Origin: Epiperipatus broadwayi
Taxonomy: Eukaryota; Animalia; Onychophora
Length of the DNA: 64,000 nt
Reading direction: 5' to 3'
Assembly (NCBI GenBank): GCA_028023455.1
Contig: JAQFVV010000003.1
Span: 5,890,001 to 5,954,000 of the forward strand
Under the pieces are notes generated by a model, which made no database searches, was not told the DNA's origin, and saw nothing but the letters and a program-made list of their open reading frames with translations. A program made the translations under genes and the position numbers. Every line of letters begins with the position of its first letter. The stretch's first letter is position 1. Below, one piece after another: positions 25,497 through 36,403 of the stretch.

Positions 25497-25917
25497 ATAC
25501 CAAATGTCTTTCCTAATTTCCTATCATTTTAAAACCTATATTATGAAAAGAACTGTCAAACTAAGGCTATCTATAACCAGTTCAATTTCAAATTGTATCA
25601 ACATTTTTATTGATAAATATTACAACTCATGAAAACTTTTTATTTTAGACATATAAATATTTATTTTTTAGATATTACAACATGTACAAAAGCCAACCCC
25701 CCTCTCTCTATATATAATGCTAGCCACAATTTTAAATAAATCCAAACAGATTCTCTCTATATGTTAACTGTAAGCTACACAGTTATTAGTTTCTCAAAAT
25801 AAAGCTTTTCAATTTTTCTTAAACTAAAAAACTTTTTTTTAATTATAAATAGTTAACAAATTAACCCTACCATTTATTTTCCATTCATTGGTTTCCATAT
25901 GAAAGAAACCAAAGGTC

Positions 25918-26017
<100 letters not shown>

Positions 26018-27399
26018 TATATACAACATCACATGCATATAAAAAAATTGATTTTTACATTTTTTAAACAAAAATAAAAACTTTGAAATAAAAAAAAAGT
26101 ATTTATTATGCTGTCTTTATTGATAGAAAATATAATTAAAAAAAAATACCCCAATGAATTTAAACAGTAGCATCTCTCTCCTTCTGCTTGTGTAAACATA
26201 AGATATGGTGATCATGTGGTGTTTTAGTGGTTTAACATAATTGGTATTTATATTTCAGAAATCTTTTTCTCTGATTACATCTTCCATCTAGGATCAATGG
26301 ATAAAACTAAAATATAATGTCATACATCAGATTCAACTGGTCAATGTACAAAAATAAAAATAACTGAATATGCAGAAATAATTGCTTTATGTGAGGTAAT
26401 TATGGAGGACACTTGTGAAATTGTAGTAACATAAGATCCATTATAGAGTTAAGTGGTGCTGCTATATCAAATCACTATTAAATGAATAACCATTATTATA
26501 AATTGCTACTACATATATAATACAATTATGTGTATGTTAACCATGTCATAAGTAGTCTGAATATCTTGTAGTGGATTTACCCATGTTGTCAAACAAGGGG
26601 TTAAACATATTTCAGTCACTGGCCATTTTTAAAATTAATTTAATTAATTATATATATTTATATAGTTATTAATTCTGTTTTTCAAATTTCACAGTTTTTT
26701 TTTGTAATATTTATTTAAAAAAACATTAAATTAATAACAAAATTAAAATATAAAATGAATTTGTTTTGTTTTATATCAAGAAACTATAATTAAGTTAAGA
26801 AAAAAATATATAGTTAATAAATAATCAAAAGGGAATTTGCAGAAGTAATTCAATTCTCAACTTTCTTGAAGTTTTCTAATTTCTTCAACAATCCTTTTTT
26901 TATTGACTTTGAAAGTAACATTTTCTAAATAAAAAATAATATTGATTATAAAATTTATGATTATTTAATAATCAAACTTTATTAAATTTTGGCAAAAATA
27001 TTTTCTATATCAAACAACAAAAGACAACAACAGATCATAATCCATTTACTGGGATTGAACACATGAACATAAAAGTTGCTCTGGCAAAAATAAAGTGATT
27101 TGAATGCTTTATTTATATTAATATTGGTATGAATCATTGTATTTATCAAAACCTGGATCAAAATATCTATTTTCTGTGTAACTGCATTACTAATGAGACA
27201 ATATTTTCAGTAGATGCAAAGAAAATCCTCTGAATCATTTTTTTTATTATAAATCAGTGCAGACCACAAAAATACACATCATTGTCTGCATGTGGTTCAT
27301 CCCATGGTATATCAGTTTGATATCCTGGTATAGAGATATCAACTACTGTATAAATACATGAGTAGTACTTTAACTTAAAAATTCAACACACATGATTGC

Positions 27400-27860
27400 C
27401 CTTTCTAAAAGTTTTTATATTTTTCTTCAATTTTCAGAAAGTTCTCTTTTTAAAATTTATGAATTTTTTAATCTTTCTTTCATCATTTTGCCAATTCTTT
27501 TTATTATACCTCTCCTTATTCACCTGCATCTAACATGCTTTATCCAATTATTATGATTATTGTCTTCAATAAATATCCTATTCTTTTTACCTCATACTAT
27601 TAATATCTCACTATATTTTATCTTATATTATCAACTCACATTTTCATTTTTCTTCAAAATTTACTTATCAAAAACTTCTAATTACTTTTTACACTTTTAA
27701 TAAATAATGTTTCTGCTTCATATCCAGAATAAATCCTTTTCCAAGACTTCAGCTTTGTACACAATAATCATACTTTTTTATATTAAAAATAACTTAATCC
27801 ATTATAGTTCTATTTTAATTTTTGTAGCACTTTCCTCATTAACTTCTAATATACTGGTCT
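27400..27860 (-). mobile_element. Decayed non-LTR retrotransposon ORF2 C-terminal fragment
   Basis: Purine-rich minus strand with VYKAEVLE resembling the LYGAEVWG motif after the RT thumb; many stops. Confidence 0.4.
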
Positions 27861-27866
27861 GCTATA

Positions 27867-27879
27867 ATATATATATATA

Positions 27880-27960
<81 letters not shown>
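27867..27960. repeat. (TA)n microsatellite
   Basis: Long TA run with a single G interruption at 27881. Confidence 0.98.
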
Positions 27961-27962
<2 letters not shown>

Positions 27963-28033
27963 TTATGAAAAAAATAGCTATTGTGAGCTTTTATAGAGTG
28001 AGCAAAGAAAAAATAAGAGAGAAATTAAGAATA

Positions 28034-28190
28034 AATTAGTGGCACAAATGAAGAAAATTCTTGGAAAAATAGAAGAAATAGAAAAAAAATAAGAGTTTTA
28101 CAGTATATACAAATTACTGATAGATACTCTTATTTTTTTTTTCTATTTCTTCTATTTTTCCAAGAATTTTTTTCATTTGTGCCACTAATT
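28034..28190. repeat. Near-perfect inverted repeat (about 63-bp arms, 29-nt loop)
   Basis: aattagtggcacaaatg...aaataagagt (28034-28096) vs actcttattt...catttgtgccactaatt (28126-28190). Confidence 0.9.
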
Positions 28191-28599
28191 GAATGAATAG
28201 CTAACTGCATCCATTATCTTGCATAAGAATATGAACTGATCAAGTTTTTACATTTGAAAATGAAGAAAAGTTTAGAGATTTTGTTAGATGACATATATGT
28301 ATTATGATAAGATCATAGAGAAAATATGCAATCAGATAGCTTAATCCCTGGGAATAAAGAAGATAGATTTAAAAGCTAGTAAAAGTTTGCTAGGCTGCTT
28401 GACATTGATTATTTAACTATGCACCATTTAGAAGGTAAAATAAGAAGGCAACAAATACTTCAAAATTAGATGATTATAGAAATTAGAGTGTAATATTCAA
28501 ATATTTTTTTCTTATCCTTATGCTAATTGTAATTGATTTATTCAATGTCTTGAACTTTGGCTAGAAAGATATTTTATTCAGTGTGTGTATATATATATA

Positions 28600-30060
28600 T
28601 ATATAGCTGAACATGCTTTTAGCCAGTGAAACCAGATTTATAGCACTCATTAGCTTCAGGATGCATTGTATAATTTATTTGGTATGCTAATTTATGTAAA
28701 TTGCTAATTAACATATTCCATTTTTTTAGATAGTTTAATACTATTTTCTTTTTTATTGATTGCATGGTAATTGTTAAAAATAAACCATGCCTACTTTACC
28801 TTTTACTTTCTGTCATCATGTTGAGTACAGACAAACTTAACATTTACTGGGTCAAAAATGTGGCCAGACTGTTGTTCATACTCTAAGAAAATATATTTAT
28901 ATTAAAAATCATTTTCCATACCATTGTGTAAATATTCATGTTGCAAGATTCTGGTGGCAAGGCTTGCATGAGACTCCCCATAGTATATCAATCTACAAAA
29001 ATCATTACTGCATTCAATTTTATAAACAATTGGGGGGGGGGGGTGATCCTGAGATATTTTATGCTTTGTATTATTTAAGTCTGTTAAATTAGGGGAGGGA
29101 GGTTCAGACTTACATTATATGTGTTAGAGCATATTTTCTTCATTTTATATGATAGCTTCAGTATGTAAAGCAAACTTACCCATGGATTATTATCTACCTG
29201 TTATATGTGTACCTGTTTTATTTTGTTATAAAATTTCTTAACTGCATTGATTAATGTAATGCTGTTGCAACCAATATTACATAGATCCATTATATAGGTC
29301 TCTACACAGCTTTCCAATCTACCTCATATTTACAAAAATTGAAATTACTGTTTAAAAATTTTTTTTATCCCAACTAATTTATGACATTTTTAGTGTGAGA
29401 AACTGAGAGTGAATTGTGATATGAATTTCAATAGGCTTAATGATCATTTTATAAATCAACATGCAGTTATTCCATTAAATATATATATGAAAATTTCAGA
29501 ACTTTAGAGATATTTTCATGTTCTGTCGAACATTGAAGTGCAAATTTCTGCATTAACTTTTTGTACATATTTGTAATGTATTCCTCTGGTGCATATATCA
29601 AAACATCATTGACACATCATTTATAAATCAAGTGAATCATTAACTAAGTATTTAGGAATAACTTCATCTTTAAACTTAGCAAACCCATCGGCCATACACA
29701 ATCCATCTTAAAGTGTTGTCTGTTGAATAATCCTGTGATGTCACTATATATCGATATCCATTTTAGCATGTCAATAATAAACTCTCTTTTTTGAGAATTG
29801 TATTCAGCATTTTACAGCAATTCTTGGATTATACTGATTGTTTATGTGGAATTGATCTGTACAGGTCAATGATGTCGAGTGTAGATATACTAGATGAAAT
29901 CCAAGAGTTGGTAGTGTATTAAGGCCAAGATGTGTGGTTAGTCATTCAGTGATGGTTTCAGTGACATTATAGTAATATGGCTCTCTAAAATCAATCATCA
30001 AATGAAGAGAATATTTTTTCTTGTACACTAACTTCATTGGTCGAAAATGTGCTCAGCCAT
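28600..30060 (-). mobile_element. Decayed Penelope-like element (RT + GIY-YIG endonuclease)
   Basis: Minus-strand motifs in the expected order: FRP (about 30045), LDIIDLYRSIPH (29845-29885), DGLCMADG (about 29695), VNDVLIYA (about 29600), STEHEN, then CSNDFCRLIYYGESHASLATRILQHE...GHIFD...AWFI (28775-29015). Confidence 0.8.
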
Positions 30061-30099
30061 TATCTACATATATATACTGAATAAAACTTCTTCTTAGCC

Positions 30100-31250
30100 A
30101 ACGTTCAAAATGTTGGAATAATTTAAGAAATTGGAATAGAAAATCAATAAAAATATTAATAGATACGTAAGAGGACACGTGGAAAAAATATAACGTATAG
30201 AAATACATAGGTATTAGAAGAATTAAGTCGCGTAATGAAATTGATTATATGGTAATGGGTGGAGGGGGAGGTATATTTAAGGTTAGTACAGAGTCATTAG
30301 GATTTAAAAGTGGAGTGAGCCGTGAGTACCAGACAAATAAGATAATGTAGGTCGTGGAATGGTAAAGTGAAAAATATATAATTATAGATTTTAAAAAGAA
30401 ACAGGGTGTTGATAAAGGGATATTAAATGAATAATTTCAAAGAGCATATTGATAAAGATAAAATCAAAGCTGATTAAGTTATTGAGATATAAATCAAGAC
30501 AAATGTTTCTAGCATTTTAGAATTTAATTTTTGAATGATTATTTGATATATATATATTAATATTTTTTCCAAAGCTTTTCTCTCCTCTCAGTATAAAAAC
30601 GAAATTTAACAGAGAATTGGATGATTCAACTTCGAACAAGATTATTTTGGTGAATGATTAAAGCAAAAATACTCTCCTGAGACAACAGTGAGTCAGAGAA
30701 TAAACAAAAACAGACAAAACTGACGAGATTGCTCAATTACGCTTCCAACAAAACTTATTCTTCAATTCCAATGATGAGTGATCATTAAGTACGGCAGACG
30801 AATCCTCGCGATTAGTTAAGTTTTACTGAGAATTTATATTAGGATTGAATTTGAAACCGTAATAATAAATATAATAAACAAATACATAGTTGCTATTTTT
30901 TTCTCGTAACTGTTATCATTACGGGATACTAATAATACACAGATTCCGAGTTTTTTCTTTTAATAACGCTAATAATCACGTGTTAAGAACAATAATTTTT
31001 AGCTTCCAATACTCACGATAAAGTTTGAAATGTTCACAATTAATTTATCAATAATTTTGTATTTTCCTTCTCAACAGATATAACATCTTTTCGTTTTAGA
31101 AAAACCAGAAAACAGCTCAAGGTAATAATGCCTTAGAGATATTAATCTCAAGTTTGCGAATAAAGGTTTTTGAAAGTATGAAATAATATTTTAGTATTGG
31201 CAGAAAAGTTATGAAAAAAAAATGAAACTATTATTTAAAAAAAAGGTCGA
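30100..31250. promoter_or_regulatory. CpG-retaining, promoter-like region
   Basis: Numerous CpGs (cacgtg, gtcgcg, ctcgcg) and several GT(A/G)AG donor-like sites; no coding frame found. Confidence 0.3.
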
Positions 31251-31329
31251 TATCATGAAATGTTTGGAAAAATTCTAAAGAAAATAATATAGCAATGAAG
31301 AACAACTTCAAAGTAATCACTACAATTAC

Positions 31330-32700
31330 TTTTAAATTGTTAAGCATCTTAACTGACGAGGTAATACACATAATTCAATCTATAAAGAAGGAGGAAACTC
31401 TAGAAAGTGATGAAATTATTATTACTGAAACAAGCAGATGAAGAATCAGAAAAATTGTTGGAAAAACTATATATCAAATGTTTAAGTAATAGAGAGATAC
31501 CAAATGATAGGAAGAATGCTATAGTAATACTGACATTTAAGAAATGTGATGAGGAAGATATTAATAGTTGCTGATCTACCAGTTTTCAAATCAGTTTTAT
31601 AAGAAAATATTTACAAAGATAATTACAATTTATCTACAATAAAGTTTAGAATCAAAGCTAGATTTACAAATGATTTTAGTATAATGGATCATAGTCAAAT
31701 ATTGAAAACAGTTATAGAAAGAACTAATAAAATGCCATTTTGCTTTGGACTTATAGATTGTAAAAAAGTATTTGATTTAACAAGTATTTCCACAGCGATT
31801 AAAGTTTTGGACCATCAAGATGTATATAATTCTATTTTGAAAAATATTTATAAAAATTTAACAAATATGATTAGATTACACCATGACACTAAGAAGATTT
31901 AATGCTGATAAAGATGTATGACAGGATAATTCCATATTTCAAAAACTTATACAGAAATTTTACAAAAAGTACATTGTGGATTACTAATTTAGATTTTAAA
32001 GATGATGTGGTTATTTTTGTATTCAAAACTTTAGAGTTTTAGGAAATTGCAAGGGTTATAAAAAGATTAATATTAAAAAGACTAAAGTAATATGCAATGG
32101 ATTTTCTCAGGGGGAAAAAAGTTGATTAAAAATCATGAATTGGAAAAATAGTTAAAAGTTACAAATACTTTGGTCAAAATTGTTATTACAAATGGAAACA
32201 TAAAATTATTATAGAGTTAATTTAGTATGGAGTGTTACAATAAAAATAATATAATATTTAATAGAAATATGCCTACTTTTGAAAAGAAAGATGTTTAATA
32301 AATATGTTTTAGCAGTTTGTACTTAGAGATCTGAGATTTGGGTACTTAATAGAAGAGCAATATAGTGATTTCAAACACTCAATGAAGTATGGAGAGTTTA
32401 TATTTAGCAGCAGCAAGAAGATATAAAAAATGAAATATTTGTATGAGAAAACAAAGTTATCATTAGTTCAATGAAAAAGATAAAAGAGAGAAATAGAAGT
32501 CTGTAAATATTGTTAGAAAAATGATAATAGATGTGCAGTTGAAGTAATTAAATCTCAAAAGATTATAAAATAACTAGAAAAAAATGAGATAGATGGATGA
32601 AATAAATGTTTATTGATGTGATATAAAAAAAGAGATTATGGAATGGAGAGACTGGATTAAATTTTGAAAGATCATCCTGACATGAATTAATAAGAATTAA
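31330..32700 (+). mobile_element. Decayed RTE-clade LINE reverse transcriptase region
   Basis: KLYIKCL..IPND.KNAIVILTFKKCD, DHSQILKTVIE...LIDCKKVFD, DDVV, and an RWxDEI-like C-terminus; many stops and frameshifts. Confidence 0.85.
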
Positions 32701-33289
32701 AAAAGATGGTGATAAAGATATTATAATCTAATTTTTAAATAAATTATCTAATAATATCTAAATAAAACAATTTTAACAGTTGTTATTGTGATCATTATTC
32801 ATATTTTTTATCAGTCATTTTATTTGCACTTACTGTTTTACATTACTGTTTAAAAATCTGTGCGTCAATGTGCCTGCATTTACTAATATTCACATACACA
32901 TACATTTATATACTTTAATGAAATTTGATGAAAAGTAATTGCAACTTACATTTACCATCATTATTATCACTTTAAAACAAATATTTATTTATTTATATTA
33001 GATTGCTAATAAGATGGTTATTGTTAGTGCAATGCTAAAGGATTGACATCTTTGATCATTCAAAAGGTGCATTTCTGAGGATATGTAATGCAATCATTTT
33101 TTATTTTATTTTATAATGAATAACTTCTAAAATGTCCTATTCAATATCATTCATGATTAACTCCAATTCACCAATAGGAATACTGTTATCCATTACCATA
33201 TTTTTAATTGTTTCTTTCCTTGTAGTAATTAATTAAAATATAAAGATTTTTTAGACTTGAGAGACCTTAATATCAGTAGTTTAATAGTA

Positions 33290-33292
<3 letters not shown>

Positions 33293-33339
<47 letters not shown>
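33293..33339. repeat. (TA)n(CA)n microsatellite
   Basis: Direct reading of the sequence. Confidence 0.95.
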
Positions 33340-35089
33340 GGATGAAAATAAAGTTTTTACGAATAAAACATGAAAAATGTTTATAACTACAAATTCAACT
33401 AATTCTTCATTTGTGTGTGTAAAAGAAATTGTCTGCATATTGTTGTGCTGCTATTTAAAACTATATCTCATTTACTGCCATCCAGTAATACTAATATCTT
33501 AGTAGCATGTAATGTTGCCATCAGTGTAGTGTATCATCATTATTAATAATTCATTACTGAATAAAGGTGCTTTAAACTTTAATAGTTTTTCTAAGTATTT
33601 CCAAAACTTCCTTATCCTATGTACTTTACACATACTATTTTTCAAAATCTTTTGTAATTTCATGATACTCAATTCAAGACACCAGTTGTCCATATATTGT
33701 CATTTCCTCTGATGATTTCAGTCTAACTTTTAATTTGTTAAACTGTTGATTCTGTCGACCACTGCCCAAAATGAACATTCAGATTTAATTTGTTAGTGTT
33801 CTTGTTAAAGAAAGTGTATTTTTATTATATTTTAATGAATTATATTTTTCAAAATTAAAATACAAAGTAAAAATATATTTTAAAGCATTTGATTTTTTTA
33901 CCAGTACATAATGAATGCACACTCTTTTAAAGTTTTAATAAAATAATTAATATTATAATTGTGGTAAATAATAAATTATCAATAAATACTAACTGTAATT
34001 AAAGGTTTACAGTATGTACTTAATTGTTTTTTTGTCAAGTTGCATTAAAAAAACAAAGCTGATTCTAACATAAGTGATATTAATAAGTAGTACTAAAATG
34101 TATAAATCATACACACCAATTATAATTTTATAAGTGGCTTCATCTCTTGAAATAAAATGTATCTAAATTTTAAAAGTTTTCTAAAATAATTATTCAAATT
34201 ACAAATTTATTAAGAGTGCTAATGAAGGCAAATATTACCACAGAAGATATTCTGTAAGGGTACTTTAAATAATTTCTTATCTTCTATAAGATCTTGTGCA
34301 GAAAGATTAATTCTTTCAATATCATTATACCTGATTATTGTTTTGTTTGTGCATTTTTTTTAGATTTCTCATTGGTGCTGTTAATATAATCTGAATTTTT
34401 CATATTGTTCTTCTATTAACTAGATATATTTAGATAGATAAAATATTATTTTGTAATATCAAGTTATTTTTATCAGAAGCACTCTTAATTGTATGATTAA
34501 TTTCATACACTACATTTCCATCTGTATTAATAATTTATAGTTAATAACTTCTTTCAATTTATTGCTATCAATCATTATTTTCTTAAATTGGATTAGTAAA
34601 GATATTACTGCTGCTCATGATGATACAATTTATTCAATGTTAAATGGTTGGCCTATGGGTCTGGCAATAAGTGGGATTATACATATTTTATTTTTGGATA
34701 ATATTAAGCAATTTATTGTATGTCCTATTGTGATTGGTGATCAAGACATACTTTATTGTAGATATGTTGATGATGTGTTAATATATGCACAATAATCTAT
34801 AATACAAAATGTTTTTGATAATTTACAGAATAAACAGGGTTTATCATGGACAATGGAGATTGAGAATAATTGTTCAATTAAATATTTAGATGTGCAGATA
34901 TCATATGTTAATCAAGCATATTTCTATTAGAAGATATATACAACCAAGTTCTAATGTATCAGCTAGTCATAAAATGACTGTTTTTAAATCTTTTTTATCA
35001 TGCAATCAATGTTTATGTTCATGAGAAGTGCATTGTAGAGACAATATAGATTCTATGTTCAGGATTTAGTCCAAGTAGGTCATAGTAAA

Positions 35090-35766
35090 TGTAACATTTG
35101 TAAAAATGGCAGACATGTTTGTGCACTCCAGAAAAAACTAGAGTTTATTCGTGAGGTTGTTTTTAGATCACACTCTGATAACTGAGGAATTTAATTAATG
35201 CATTGACGTAATGGCGATCAATGATTCCAAGAAATATTTGCTGATTGCAAATATTTCTAGATATAAGACATTACCTTATTGGACAGTGATTAATTGTTGC
35301 AGTGATCAAAAAGCGATAAGAAGACTGGGTAACAACTAGGCAGTGTAATATAGAGAGTAGTAGAGAGCAGTCATGCAGTATTGAGCAGGCAGTATTTATG
35401 TAGAGATATCTCATGTCAGTGCTTGTGGTTAATGACCAGTGCCCAGTGGAAATGTGGTCCACAGGTGTAGCTGAAAGAGCCCACAGAGATGGGGAGACCA
35501 CAGCAGAGATATTCAGAGCATTCGTTGGACAGCATTCATTGCAGACCAATTTGTTGGAGAGCATTTATTGCAGACCAATTCAGCAGAGAGATTGCAGACC
35601 AATTCGTTGGAGAGCATTCATTGCAGACCAATTCATTGGAGAGCATTTGTTGCAGACCGATTCGTTGGAGAGCTTTCGTTGGAAGAGAACATTGTGGGAA
35701 TTGTATAACGTTATTTGCTGACCGCACAGTCATGCTTGCGGATATAACATAAGTGTGGATATAACA
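35090..35766 (-). mobile_element. Solo LTR (677 bp) with 5-bp target-site duplication
   Basis: TG...CA termini (TGTAAC at 35090, ATAACA at 35766), GTAAA directly on both sides (35085-35089, 35767-35771), minus-strand AATAAA at 35144-35149, higher GC than flanks. Confidence 0.85.
35521..35682. repeat. 29-bp minisatellite inside the solo LTR (about 5.5 units)
   Basis: Consensus ttcgttggagagcattcattgcagaccaa; one unit shortened to 24 bp; no unique spacers. Confidence 0.9.
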
Positions 35767-36376
35767 GTAAACATATGTTATTATTGTTAGTTGATAATTT
35801 TTATAAAAAGCTACAATATATATAAAAAGTTACAGTATAATAGGAATATTATTAAGATCTGAAAAACTATGGATGTCTCTGGTTTTTATTCCATCTGTCC
35901 AAAGTGTAGCTATTAACATATTTACACAGGACTTCATATTGTGTGGAGAACCCCACCTAATCTCAATAAAATTTTAAATAACACAAAATTTTGTACTAAT
36001 ATTAATAATAGGAGTAATGTAGTGCATTCTATTTTGTATTAACTTCTGGTTGTGGTGTTGTATATATTGGTAAAACAAAGACTAATATGAAATACCATTT
36101 TAAGCAATATAATCACACTTACAATAAAGCATTAATAAATGTATTTGCTTTATTCTGCTTTTTATATTTATCAATCTTCCACTGGGCATATTTTTGTCCA
36201 TAATCTTTTGAGATATTAATGCATAAAATGCAGGATAAAAAGTGAAAAATTAAAGAATCGTATGTAATCAAAAATACTCCTTATGGAATAAATTTACTAG
36301 TTTTCCTATTAGTTGATCCTTGTCTACATTATAGCCATTTGGACATTTATTGATTAGTTTTTTATACAGTTTATTG

Positions 36377-36403
36377 CCTTGATAAGGACTTAAGTCAAAA
36401 GCT
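36377..36403 (+). ncRNA. Degenerate hammerhead remnant at the 3' end of the Penelope-like element
   Basis: ccTTGATAAG-GACT(ta)AGTC-AAAA-GC-T resembles CTGATGAG-stem II-GAAA with an AGCT palindrome. Confidence 0.4.

Noticed and set aside
27190-27330. Cys-rich PHD-like remnant as in pogo-type transposase tails
   Set aside because: Too decayed; only part of the Cys pattern is left and no DDE domain is nearby.
27707-27961. 84-aa ORF (and similarly 7163-7396)
   Set aside because: Length is produced by (TA)n/(CA)n microsatellites (IYIY..., THTH...).
35521-35682. CRISPR-like array of 29-bp repeats
   Set aside because: Units are adjacent with no unique spacers, and the context is eukaryotic.
35271-35752. 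Four overlapping ORFs of 65-102 aa on both strands
   Set aside because: They arise from the stop-poor 29-bp minisatellite and GC-richer LTR sequence; the peptides are repetitive and unrecognisable.
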